Below are positions 18,123-27,686 of a stretch of DNA of 64,000 bases, one piece after another. Position numbers and translations under genes: made by a program. The stretch is from a bacterium. Lineage in GTDB: Bacteria; UBA8248. The stretch is taken from assembly GCA_965221165.1 (NCBI GenBank), contig CBDCRP010000003.1, positions 800,001-864,000 of the forward strand. Reading direction: 5' to 3'. Below the pieces are notes generated by a model, which made no database searches, had not been told where the DNA came from, and saw only the letters and a list, made by a program, of their open reading frames with translations. The first letter of the stretch is position 1; every line of letters begins with the position of its first letter.

Positions 18123-20750
18123 ATGGGCATTCGCATCGCTATTGGGGCGATTATCGCCGTACTTCTCGGTGGAACAGGATATCTCGCTCAGCAATCCCAT
18201 TCAGTAAAAAATTTGTTGCAAAAACGAGAGAGCGAGCTTTCAAAAGAAAAAGATAGTTCCGCTAAGCTCAAAAGCGACATCCTCCGTTTCAAAACAAAAG
18301 AACAGCAGATGATGGGCTTACAGTCCCGACTCGAAAAAGAGGGAACCTCCGCCAAAACCCGGCTCCAGGAGATGAGCCGACTCATCGCCGAGAAAAGCGC
18401 CAGCATCGAGCAGGAAAAAGCAAAAACACAAAACCTCGAAGCCGCGCTCACGCAAATCCAGACGACTCTCGCGAGCGAACGCAAAGCGCGAGCCGAGGTT
18501 GAAAAATCAAATCAACAAAACATCGCGCTCGCCGGAAATCGAGCCGAGGAGATAAAGCGCCTCGAGACCCAGGCGCAAGAGATGAGCCGACTCGTCGCAG
18601 AGAAAAGCACCGGTATCGAGCAGGAAAAAACCGAAATCCGAAACCTCAAAACCACGCTCGACATACTCAACAGCTCCCTCGATCACGAACGCAAAGCGCG
18701 AGCCGAGGTTGAAAAATCAAATCAACAAAACATTGCGCTCGCCGGGAATCGAGCCGAAGAGATAAAGCGCCTCGAGACCCAGGCTCAAAAGATGAGCCAC
18801 CTCGTCGCAGAGAAAAGCGCCGGTATCAAGCAGGAGAAAACGAAAACCCAAAACCTCGAAGCCGCGCTCAAACAAATCCAGACGAGCCTCGAGAATGAAC
18901 GCAAAACGCGCGCCGATGTGGAAAAATCAAACAAACAAAATCTCGAACTCGCGGCCAACAGGGCTGAAGAGATAAAACGTCTCGAAACCCAGGCGCAAGA
19001 GATGAGCCGACTCGTCGCGGAGAAAAGCGCAGACATCGAGTTGGAAAAAACGAAAGCCCAGAATCTCGAACGCGCGCTCAAACAAATCCAGACGAGCCTC
19101 GAGAATGAACGTAAAACGCGCGCCGATATGGAAAAATCAAACAAGCAAAACCTCGAACTCGCAGCCAGCCTGGCCGAAGAGACGAAGCGTCTCGAAGAAG
19201 TACGAGCGCTTCTCCAGACCCAAGTCGTAAAGATGCGCCAACTCATCACAAATAAAAGCGCCGACATCGAGCAGGAAAAAGCGAAAACACAAAACCTCGA
19301 AAGTGCCCTCAAACGTATTCAGACAACCCTCGAAACTGAGCGGAAGATGCGCGCCGAGGCGGAAAAATCAAGCAAACAAAACCTCAAAATAGCCGGCAAA
19401 CGGGCCGAAGAAATACAGCGCCTCGAAAAAGCCAGGGGGCGCCTCGATACCCAGGTGGGCAAGATGCGCCAACTCATCGCGGAGAAAAGCGCAGACATCG
19501 AGCAGGAGAAGACGAAAACCCAAAATCTCGAACACGCGCTCGAACAAATCCAGGCGGCTCTCGAAACTGAACGCAAGACACGGGCGAAGATTGAAAAATC
19601 AAGCAAACGAAACCTCGAACTCGCTAAAAAACAGGCCGAGGAGATAAAGCGTCTCGAAAAAGTACGCGGGATTCTCGAGACCCAGGTTCTAAAGATGGAT
19701 CAACTCATTGCGGCCGAGCAGGAGAAAGCGACAAAACGCAATCTCACGGATGAGCGCAAGGCACCAGCGAAAGCGAAGGCGGAAAAATCAAATGTGCAAA
19801 CCACCAAGCTTGCGAGCAATCAAGCCGAAGAAATGAAGCGCCTCGAAAAAACCAGAGAGATTCTCAACACCCAGGTTCAAGAGATGAACCGGCTCATCAC
19901 GGAGAAAAACGCCAGCATCGAGCAGGAAAAAGCGAAAGCTCGAAACCTCGCGCTCGCGCTCGAACAGATCCGGACAACCCTCGTTGATGAGCGTAAAACA
20001 CGAACGAAGGCCGAAAAATCAAATGCGCAAAACGCCGAACTCGCGAGAAATCGAGCCGACGAAATAAACCAGCTCCAAAAAGCCAGGGAGCTTCTCGGGG
20101 CCCAGGTTCAAGAGATGAGCCAACTCATCGCGGAGAAAACTTCCGTGGCCGAACTCATTAAAAACAAACTGAACCAGACGAACTTGAGCCTTTCGGAAAC
20201 GATCAAAAAACACACCCTGGCGATCGCGCGTTCAAAAATACTCGAGAAAAAAGCGCAAGAAGAAGCCGAACGCTCCCAAAAGCTCGCATCAGATCTGAAC
20301 GAGATGAACAGCAGGTTAAAGAAACAATCCATCACGCTGGAACGGACCAAGGATTTGCTCCGCGTCACCTTCGTAAACAGTCTTTTGTTTGATTCCGGAA
20401 GCGCTAGGCTCAGAGAAAAAGGCTTAGAGGCACTTTCAAGTGTTGCGGAGTTTCTCCAAAAACAAGAAGACAAAGTGATACGAGTAGAAGGGCATACGGA
20501 CAATCGGCTCATCAGAGGCAATCTGCTCGGTCGCTATCCCTCGAATTGGGAACTTTCGTTCGCGCGCGCCGTTTCCATCGTCAAATTCTTGGAATCGAAA
20601 AATATATCGCCTGCGCGCATGTCGGCGACCGGCTACTCTTTTTACCGCCCGGTGGCGAGTAACGACACAGAAAAGGGTCGCACCAAAAATCGTCGAACGG
20701 ACATACTTCTAAGCAGCCATCGGTCAAACGTTGAGGCGGCAACCCCCTAG
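18123..20750 (+). CDS. Membrane-anchored long coiled-coil protein with a C-terminal OmpA/MotB-like peptidoglycan-binding domain
   Basis: N-terminal hydrophobic anchor, about 700 aa of heptad-rich sequence, then LLFDSGS, VEGHTDN, NWELSFARA and NRR motifs. Confidence 0.85.
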   Translation: MGIRIAIGAIIAVLLGGTGYLAQQSHSVKNLLQKRESELSKEKDSSAKLKSDILRFKTKEQQMMGLQSRLEKEGTSAKTRLQEMSRLIAEKSASIEQEKAKTQNLEAALTQIQTTLASERKARAEVEKSNQQNIALAGNRAEEIKRLETQAQEMSRLVAEKSTGIEQEKTEIRNLKTTLDILNSSLDHERKARAEVEKSNQQNIALAGNRAEEIKRLETQAQKMSHLVAEKSAGIKQEKTKTQNLEAALKQIQTSLENERKTRADVEKSNKQNLELAANRAEEIKRLETQAQEMSRLVAEKSADIELEKTKAQNLERALKQIQTSLENERKTRADMEKSNKQNLELAASLAEETKRLEEVRALLQTQVVKMRQLITNKSADIEQEKAKTQNLESALKRIQTTLETERKMRAEAEKSSKQNLKIAGKRAEEIQRLEKARGRLDTQVGKMRQLIAEKSADIEQEKTKTQNLEHALEQIQAALETERKTRAKIEKSSKRNLELAKKQAEEIKRLEKVRGILETQVLKMDQLIAAEQEKATKRNLTDERKAPAKAKAEKSNVQTTKLASNQAEEMKRLEKTREILNTQVQEMNRLITEKNASIEQEKAKARNLALALEQIRTTLVDERKTRTKAEKSNAQNAELARNRADEINQLQKARELLGAQVQEMSQLIAEKTSVAELIKNKLNQTNLSLSETIKKHTLAIARSKILEKKAQEEAERSQKLASDLNEMNSRLKKQSITLERTKDLLRVTFVNSLLFDSGSARLREKGLEALSSVAEFLQKQEDKVIRVEGHTDNRLIRGNLLGRYPSNWELSFARAVSIVKFLESKNISPARMSATGYSFYRPVASNDTEKGRTKNRRTDILLSSHRSNVEAATP
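18366..20140 (+). repeat. Intragenic tandem repeats of 210/231 bp (70/77 aa), about 8 copies
   Basis: QEMSRLxAEKS..IEQEK..ERK.RA..EKS..N..LA..RAEEIKRLE unit; first units start at 18366, 18576, 18786 and 18996 (210-bp period). Confidence 0.9.
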
Positions 20751-20763
20751 TATTTGTCTGGAA

Positions 20764-22017
20764 TTAAATTTTGAGCACAGCCTCGATTTCGGGACCGAGT
20801 TGTTTTTCCGCAATCACGGCGCCCGTAAGCCTATCTTCCTGAAACACCTCTTTGGCTACACGCTGAATATCTTCCTCGCCCACGGAGTCGATATCCGCCA
20901 ACTCCTCCTCCACGGAATACACCTTCCCCCTGAGCATGAGATTCGAGCCGTTTCGACCCGCATGATATTCCGAGCTCTCATGTATCTGGAGATTTCCCTT
21001 GATGTATCGCTTTGCTTCTTTCAATTCTTGACTCGTTACGTGTTCGGTCTTGAACTTTCCTGTTTCAGACAATATCACTTCGGTCGCCTCTACCGCCTTT
21101 TCGAGGGCTACGCCCGCCTTCATTTCAACCATGCCCGTATCGGTGTAGCGATGCGGCACGGCCCCCACGCTGTATGCAAGGCCCCGCTTTTCGCGTACTT
21201 CGGTGAATAACCTGCTGCTCATCTTCCCGCCCAGGATGTTGCACATCACCCGGAGCGGGGCGGCGTCTTCGTGATCCAGTCCGAAGGCGCGAAACCCGAG
21301 AGCGATGTTCACCTGATCCGTCTGGCGAGCCTGATCTATGATCTTGGCCTTGCTCTCCTCTGGCAAGCCGGGTGAGAGAGGCTTCTCGATGCTCCCGTCT
21401 CGATCACCAAAATATCGCTCGGACAACTCCATCACCTCCTCGTGCCTCACGCCGCCCGCCACGGAGATCACCGTGTTGCCGGGGATGTACCATTTCTCTA
21501 TCAACTCGCGCATGTGCTCGGGTTCTATCGCTTTGATGGTCTCCCGGTTCCCGATAACGCCCATTTGCAGGTTGTACACGGTGGTCTCCAGCATATCCGA
21601 CACCCAGATGCGCGGCATGTCCTCATACATCTTCAACTCTTCGAGAATGACCATCCGCTCCCGATCCCATTCGTTTTTATCCAACAGGCAGTTATTCACC
21701 GCATCCGCATAGACTTCCAAGACAGTGGCGAACGCATCGGCCGGCGCCGTGAAGTGATAGCAAGTGCGCTCGGACGCCGTATTGGCGTTGATGGATGCGC
21801 CGTTTCCCTCCATCTCACGCGCGATGTCGAGCGTCGTCCTCGAAGGAGTGCCCTTGAATACCATGTGCTCCAGCGCATGGGAAACACCCACCACCTCGTC
21901 GTGCTCATGGCGTCCGCCACAACCGAAATATATATGGAACGCCACCGCCGCCGACTCGGATCGTTCCGCAGTCACTACGCGAATCCCGTTGGAAAGTTTG
22001 TCCTCGACAATCTTCAT
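20764..22017 (-). CDS. M16 family (pitrilysin/MPP-like) zinc peptidase
   Basis: SHALEHMVFKGT (HxxEH) and MSSRLFTEVREKRGLAY. Confidence 0.93.
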   Translation of the reverse strand: MKIVEDKLSNGIRVVTAERSESAAVAFHIYFGCGGRHEHDEVVGVSHALEHMVFKGTPSRTTLDIAREMEGNGASINANTASERTCYHFTAPADAFATVLEVYADAVNNCLLDKNEWDRERMVILEELKMYEDMPRIWVSDMLETTVYNLQMGVIGNRETIKAIEPEHMRELIEKWYIPGNTVISVAGGVRHEEVMELSERYFGDRDGSIEKPLSPGLPEESKAKIIDQARQTDQVNIALGFRAFGLDHEDAAPLRVMCNILGGKMSSRLFTEVREKRGLAYSVGAVPHRYTDTGMVEMKAGVALEKAVEATEVILSETGKFKTEHVTSQELKEAKRYIKGNLQIHESSEYHAGRNGSNLMLRGKVYSVEEELADIDSVGEEDIQRVAKEVFQEDRLTGAVIAEKQLGPEIEAVLKI

Positions 22018-22071
22018 GCGGCCTCCTGAATTGAAATACGCGAATCTTCGCCTGAAGGATTTTTATTTTAA

Positions 22072-22158
22072 TGGTGCCGGAGAGAGGACTTGAACCTCCA
22101 CGGGCCGAAGCCCACTAGAACCTGAATCTAGCGCGTCTACCAGTTCCGCCACTCCGGC
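22072..22158 (-). tRNA. tRNA-Leu (anticodon CAG)
   Basis: GCCGGAGTGGCGGAACTGGTAGACGCG-CTAGA-TTCAGGT-TCTAG, long variable arm, GGTTCAAGTCC...CCGGCACCA; 87 nt with encoded CCA. Confidence 0.97.
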
Positions 22159-22178
22159 GAGAAGATTGGTAGTCATTC

Positions 22179-22207
22179 CCTATATCGGGGGGTGAATGCA
22201 TTGTCAA
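22179..22207 (-). promoter_or_regulatory. Putative promoter of tRNA-Leu
   Basis: Minus strand TTGACA-N17-TATAGG about 20 nt upstream of the tRNA 5' end. Confidence 0.55.
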
Positions 22208-22297
22208 GGATTCGAGCCGATGAATAAAAACTATCTCGTCATTTGGTATAGTTGCTGGAGAAGAAAACAGCGCCGAATCCGACAAGGCTTTTGAGAT

Positions 22298-22534
22298 ATG
22301 CGGAAAATCACATTTTATACGCGAAGCGGGTGCCATCTATGCCATGAGGCGAAAGCGGCGATGATGCGGCATTTCCCGGACCTCATGATCGATGAGGTCG
22401 ATGTGGATACGAATCCTGAACTAAGACGCTTGTACGGCGAGGAGGTGCCCGTCGGCTTCTTGGGAAAGATTAAGGTTTTCAAATTTCATCTCGACGTCAA
22501 ACGATTGCGCCGCCTGCTCGATGAACTGGAATGA
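22298..22534 (+). CDS. Glutaredoxin-like protein (DUF836 type)
   Basis: YTRSGCHLC (CxxC) and EVDVD...YGEEVPV. Confidence 0.85.
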   Translation: MRKITFYTRSGCHLCHEAKAAMMRHFPDLMIDEVDVDTNPELRRLYGEEVPVGFLGKIKVFKFHLDVKRLRRLLDELE

Positions 22535-22538
22535 AGAC

Positions 22539-23165
22539 ATGAGCCTGCTCGCGTTTTACGGATTCATCGTCGTCATTTCCTTAAGCGGTGTCATGTCGCC
22601 GGGTCCTCTCACCGCATTTCTCATCACACGCGGCAAAGAAAGCCCGTGGGCCGGAATCTGGGTTACTCTCGGGCACGCCCTGGCCGAAGTACCGCTCATC
22701 ATCGCCCTGTTCGCCGGACTGCAGCCTTTCTTCGAAACCCAGGGAATACGCGAGGGCATCTCTTTACTGGGCGGCGGCGTGCTCATTTATATGGGAAGCG
22801 GGGTATTCAGGAATTTCCGCTCCGCCGCCCCCGAGCAAAAGAGCGTTCTTCAGTGCAACGCCCTCACCGGCGGCGTCTTGCTCACGGTACTGAACCCCTA
22901 CTGGGTTTTATGGTGGCTCACCATCGGCGCGAACCTCATTGCGAGGACGAACGACTTCGGATGGCTGGCCGGCCTGGTGGGAATGACCGTCGTTCACCTG
23001 CTGGCGGATGCCGTGTGGGCCGTTTTCATCACATGCTCATCGAACCAGGGGAGTCGCATGATCGGTGAAACCGGGTGGATGCGGATCGAGCAGGGCTGCG
23101 GGTGGGTGATGCTCGGATTCGGGGTTTTCTTCGCCTACGATGGCCTGATGGGCCTTGTGGCCTAG
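22539..23165 (+). CDS. LysE/RhtB family translocator
   Basis: SGVMSPGPL and LNPYWVLWW motifs; multiple transmembrane segments; start could be 22521. Confidence 0.85.
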   Translation: MSLLAFYGFIVVISLSGVMSPGPLTAFLITRGKESPWAGIWVTLGHALAEVPLIIALFAGLQPFFETQGIREGISLLGGGVLIYMGSGVFRNFRSAAPEQKSVLQCNALTGGVLLTVLNPYWVLWWLTIGANLIARTNDFGWLAGLVGMTVVHLLADAVWAVFITCSSNQGSRMIGETGWMRIEQGCGWVMLGFGVFFAYDGLMGLVA

Positions 23166-24094
23166 CCGCTCAATTTTTTTCGCCCATTTTCAATATCCAG
23201 GTGAATCTGCGCGACGAGTTCTTCGGGGCCTGAGAACTTCTGCTCCGCACGCAAGCGGGAGACGAATTCCACCCGAATGGATTTTCCGTAAAGATCCCCC
23301 TCCCAATCCAGCAAATGGGTTTCGAGAGTCACCTGCTTTTTGTCGAACGTGGGGCGATTCCCTATGTTCGTTACGGCGGGATATCGTCGGCCATCCCTTC
23401 CATCGATCTGCACCCGACAGGCGTACACCCCATTTTCGGGAATCAGGATGGCCGGGTAATCCACGTTGGCCGTCGGTATGCCGATTTGCCGGCCCCGCCC
23501 GTCGCCACGAACCACCCTTCCTCCTATCATATGGTGCTGCCCCAGCAGGCGCGCAGCCTCGTCTACCGCCCCGCTCAGCAGCAGCTTTCGTATTTCCGTA
23601 CTGCTGACGCGCCTTTCCTCGAACATATAAGGGTCCAGTACGTGTGTTTCGAACCCGGCGTTAGCCCCCTCTTCCTGTAGGAGTTCGACGTTTCCCGCAC
23701 GCCCTTTTCCGAAACGGAAGTTGAAGCCGATGACCACCAGCGAGGCTTTGAGGCCCTCGCCGATAATCTGCCGCACGAAATCCCTCGCCTCGGTTTGCGC
23801 AAGACGGGGCGTGAATTTCTCAATCACCACGGCGTCGATATCCTGGGCTTCCAACCGGGTCAGCTTCTCTTCCAGAGTCGTCATCAGAGGAGGGCGTCTT
23901 TCGGGAGCAACCACGGAGAGCGGGTGCGGCTCGAACGTCAATATGGCGCTCCGGCCACCGCGCCGGGCGGCCTCTTCTTTTATGAATCGGCAAATCTCTC
24001 TGTGAGCGAGATGAACGCCGTCGAAATTTCCAATGCTCAATACCGAGGGAGAATCCTCGCAGCCATAGGCTTCTACTCCCTCAAAAACTTCCAC
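23162..24094 (-). CDS. ribF: Bifunctional riboflavin kinase/FAD synthetase
   Basis: GNFDGVHLAH, VSSTEIR, GIPTAN and NIGNRPTF motifs. Confidence 0.96.
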   Translation of the reverse strand: MEVFEGVEAYGCEDSPSVLSIGNFDGVHLAHREICRFIKEEAARRGGRSAILTFEPHPLSVVAPERRPPLMTTLEEKLTRLEAQDIDAVVIEKFTPRLAQTEARDFVRQIIGEGLKASLVVIGFNFRFGKGRAGNVELLQEEGANAGFETHVLDPYMFEERRVSSTEIRKLLLSGAVDEAARLLGQHHMIGGRVVRGDGRGRQIGIPTANVDYPAILIPENGVYACRVQIDGRDGRRYPAVTNIGNRPTFDKKQVTLETHLLDWEGDLYGKSIRVEFVSRLRAEQKFSGPEELVAQIHLDIENGRKKLSG

Positions 24095-24394
24095 CGCTCG
24101 TCCACCTCAAAAGAATTTCACCTTACGCGAAGCAACCACGAACCAAATATCTCCCGCAGAAATCTTTCTAACAGAGCGTCGCGCATTTACGCAAGAAAAG
24201 AATGCGATTCTTCCTATGTCCCCCATTTATAAGGAGTAATCCATATGGAAACAAAAATTCATTTCCCTTTTCACCCTCACCTGCGTAATATAAGGCGAAA
24301 GACGCCAGAAAACTGGACCGCGAAAATGATATATAGATTCACGGTAAAAGCGATGTACGATCTACGCCGCCAGTAACGTGGAGCAAGATTTTTC

Positions 24395-26029
24395 ATGAAT
24401 CCGTCCAGATTGTTTTCTTTCTGTATCATTGCGCTTTCAATTTTCATCTCCTTATCCCCACTCCATCTCGCGGATGCGGCCTCCGCTGCGAAACCCGCCA
24501 TGTCCGCGGACATTTCATTACAACGTCCGCGCAGCAACGTGGCGCCTCCGACTGTGCGGGGACATCGCCTCGCGCTATCCATACGAGAAGCCGTGAGCAT
24601 CGCTCTTGCGCGCAATTTCGACATCACCATCGCCGGGTTCGCCCCCGGTGTGGCGGAAAGCAACATCCTCAGGGAACGCTCCGCCTTCGATCCCGAAGCC
24701 GTCGTGGATACCTCCGTCGGAAAATCCAAAATAGGATCGGCGAACAGCGTATTTAATAGGACCGGGGGAATACGAGAAACGGACACCCTGGGGATAGCGG
24801 CCGGCATTCGTCAAAGGCTCATCACGGGAGCCCAGTACTCACTCATCTTCCGAAACATCAAAGAATCGACGAATTCTCCACAAAATGTCTTCGACCCCAA
24901 TTATCAAACCAGCCTCACTTTCACGATCGAACAGCCCTTGCTCAAGAATTTCGGGATCGATCTCAATCAAGCCAGAATAAAGGTGGCCATGGCCACGAAA
25001 GAACAAACGCTTCACGATTACCGAATCAAGGTCATCGAGACGGTGGACGCCGTTCAACAAGCCTACTGGAATCTCGTCTTCTCCATCGAAAATCTTGAAT
25101 TCAGACGAAAATCTCTCGACCTCGCAAAAGACCTCTTGCGCCGAAACAAGATTCAAGTCGAGGTCGGTACCCTCGCACCGATAGAGATAACGGAAGCGCA
25201 GGCCACCGTCGCCTTCCGGGAAGAAGCCCTTCTCGTGGCGCAGCAAGAAGTCAGAGACCGCGAAGATATCCTGAAAATGCTCCTGAACGTCACGGATACA
25301 CCTGCTTCCTGGGGCATCCAGATCCTACCGACCGAAAAACCCAAATATAAGGCCGTCAAAGTGAATGAGATGCAACTCATACTCAACGCCTTGCGCAAGC
25401 ACGCGGAACTCGAAAACGCCCGAATCGAGATCGACAAAAAGAAAATCGACCTGAAAGTAGCGAAACAAAACTTGTTGCCCGAAGTCAATCTGAACGCATC
25501 CGCGTCCAACAACGCTCTTGCGGAAAACCAGGGATCCGCCATCGAAGAACAATTCAAAAACGAGAAATACACTTACTCTGGCGGACTCTCGTTTCGCATC
25601 CCCCTTGGAAACAGGCGAGCGAAGGCGGACTACCGACGGGCGCAACTCAGACACGCGCAATCGCTGGCCTCCTTCCATCAAACGCGGCAATCCATCATGG
25701 AAAAAGTTCACCGAAGCGCGCGCCGGATTCACCTGGACGTCAAAAGAATCGAAGCCACGCGCGTAGCCAGAAGACTGGCGGAGGAGCGCCTGGACGCCCA
25801 GGAGAAAAAATTCAAGGTCGGCCTCTCGACGAGCAGAGACATTCTCGAAGATCAGGAAAGGCTGGCCAACGCGCTGGCGCAAGAAACCCGGGCGCTCATC
25901 GACTACCGCAAATCCCTCGCCTCACTGGACAGGGCGACGCATTCCACGCTCGATCGATTCCAGATCGAAATGGTCCACCCCGGCGAGGCCGAGGCGAAAT
26001 CAACCAAAGCGAAAACAACCAAAAAATGA
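24395..26029 (+). CDS. TolC family outer-membrane efflux protein
   Basis: Signal peptide and two OEP-like repeats (AYWNLV..., KFKVGLST..DIL). Confidence 0.85.
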   Translation: MNPSRLFSFCIIALSIFISLSPLHLADAASAAKPAMSADISLQRPRSNVAPPTVRGHRLALSIREAVSIALARNFDITIAGFAPGVAESNILRERSAFDPEAVVDTSVGKSKIGSANSVFNRTGGIRETDTLGIAAGIRQRLITGAQYSLIFRNIKESTNSPQNVFDPNYQTSLTFTIEQPLLKNFGIDLNQARIKVAMATKEQTLHDYRIKVIETVDAVQQAYWNLVFSIENLEFRRKSLDLAKDLLRRNKIQVEVGTLAPIEITEAQATVAFREEALLVAQQEVRDREDILKMLLNVTDTPASWGIQILPTEKPKYKAVKVNEMQLILNALRKHAELENARIEIDKKKIDLKVAKQNLLPEVNLNASASNNALAENQGSAIEEQFKNEKYTYSGGLSFRIPLGNRRAKADYRRAQLRHAQSLASFHQTRQSIMEKVHRSARRIHLDVKRIEATRVARRLAEERLDAQEKKFKVGLSTSRDILEDQERLANALAQETRALIDYRKSLASLDRATHSTLDRFQIEMVHPGEAEAKSTKAKTTKK

Positions 26030-26466
26030 GTCATCCCCGAATTTTGGGAATGGACTTCGGCGAAAAGCGGGTAGGCCTCGCCATCAGCGATTCTCTAGGC
26101 CTGACATCCCAGCCGCTCGGCCTCATCGAAAGAAGAAGTGATGAACAACTGCTGGACGAGATGATGGGCATCATCCGTGAGCGCGATGTTCATCTTCTGG
26201 TCGTAGGCCACCCCGTCGGCATGTCGAACCGGGATACGTCGAGGACGAAGCGCACCAGAAGACTCCTGAAATTCTTCCGGGAAAATCTCGATATCCCCGT
26301 TGAAAAATGGGATGAACGACTCAGCACGACGCAGGCGGACCGGATTTTGAACGAAATGGAAACAAAACCGAGCCGGAAAATGAAAAAGCGCGACGTCGTC
26401 GCGGCGCAACTCATACTACAAGCGTATCTGGATCACCAGAACATGAAACGCCCGCTTTCCCCATGA
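26026..26466 (+). CDS. ruvX: YqgF/RuvX nuclease (pre-16S rRNA nuclease)
   Basis: LGMDFGEKRVGLAISD, WDERLST and DVVAAQLILQAYLD. Confidence 0.93.
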   Translation: MSHPRILGMDFGEKRVGLAISDSLGLTSQPLGLIERRSDEQLLDEMMGIIRERDVHLLVVGHPVGMSNRDTSRTKRTRRLLKFFRENLDIPVEKWDERLSTTQADRILNEMETKPSRKMKKRDVVAAQLILQAYLDHQNMKRPLSP

Positions 26467-27530
26467 CTGAAAACGAAAATCCCCAGCAAGAAACCGACCC
26501 CTCCGAAACAGCGCCTCCCGCTAAAAAGCGGCGGCTCGGAAAACTCCTGGTCGCGCTTTTCTCCCTCATGATCCTGAGCGGTTTTGTCGGCTATCAATAT
26601 CTCGACGAGGAATTCAACCGGCCCGCAAACCCGAGGGCGGATGAGACGATGCGCATCCACATCCGCCCGGGCATGTCCTTCGCCCAGATTCTCGAAATGC
26701 TGGAGAAGAGCAATTTAATCGGAAACCCCGTGTTGTTTCGCCTGCAAGCCAGGTTCAGAGGTGGGGCCAAAAACTTTCAAGCAGGCGTCTATGCGCTAAA
26801 AGCGTCCATGTCGCCAAGAGAGATATACCGCCATTTGTCAGAGGGCAGAGTCGTCCAGCGCACGATCACCATTCCCGAGGGCTACAACATTCGGGCAATC
26901 GCCCGAATGATTCGCCGCGCGAAACTCACCGGCGAAGGAGAAATTCTGAGGCTCTCCCGAGACGCTTCCTTTCTGAGAGAACTGAACATCACCGCGGCTT
27001 CACTGGAGGGATATCTTTTCCCCGACACCTATCATTTCCCGGTGGGCACTCCAGCCAAAAAAATCTTGGGTTTCATGGTTCGCACGATGCGGAGAAAATT
27101 CTCTCCCGCTCTAAGAAAACAAGCGAAAAGGATGGGATTCACAATCCACCAGACGCTTACGCTGGCATCGATCATCGAAAAAGAAACCTCATTGAGCAGC
27201 GAACGTCCACTCATCGCTGCCGTATTCATCAATCGGCTCAAGCGGAGCATGCGCCTCCAAAGCGATCCTACCGTCATATACGGGCTGCCCCAATTCGATG
27301 GAAACATCACAAAAAAAGATTTGCGATACGATTCACCCTATAACACCTACCTCCACCGGGGACTCCCCCCCGGCCCGATCGCCAGCCCGGGGCTCGAATC
27401 CATCAAATCGGCCCTGAATCCCGCAAAAGTGAAATATCTGTATTTCGTGGCCACAAAGAATGGCGGTCATCAATTTTCCCGAACTTACCGCGAACATCGC
27501 CGCGCCGTGAATCGATATCAACGCAGATAG
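26463..27530 (+). CDS. mltG: Endolytic transglycosylase MltG
   Basis: LEGYLFPDTY, LASIIEKE, LQSDPT and YNTY..GLPPGPI. Confidence 0.95.
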   Translation: MTENENPQQETDPSETAPPAKKRRLGKLLVALFSLMILSGFVGYQYLDEEFNRPANPRADETMRIHIRPGMSFAQILEMLEKSNLIGNPVLFRLQARFRGGAKNFQAGVYALKASMSPREIYRHLSEGRVVQRTITIPEGYNIRAIARMIRRAKLTGEGEILRLSRDASFLRELNITAASLEGYLFPDTYHFPVGTPAKKILGFMVRTMRRKFSPALRKQAKRMGFTIHQTLTLASIIEKETSLSSERPLIAAVFINRLKRSMRLQSDPTVIYGLPQFDGNITKKDLRYDSPYNTYLHRGLPPGPIASPGLESIKSALNPAKVKYLYFVATKNGGHQFSRTYREHRRAVNRYQRR

Positions 27531-27686
27531 GGACAGGTTGACCCCGGAATTGCGGTAGTGGCATGATTGTTAATTGGCGAACTCGTGCAAGAAGGCGCAA
27601 TGGCTCTAAAAAAATAGAGCGCAAATCCCTAATCTCTTATCCTCACTCGCCTCATCCAGAGGACGCCCGGACGGGGACTCGAATAC

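Noticed and set aside
18366-20140. Regularly spaced repeats considered as a CRISPR array
   Set aside because: The units are 210/231-bp in-frame coding repeats without unique spacers, and no cas genes are present.
14336-22071. Genes downstream of tRNA-Leu considered as an integrated genomic island
   Set aside because: No integrase, no duplicated tRNA 3' end on that side, and no clear compositional boundary.
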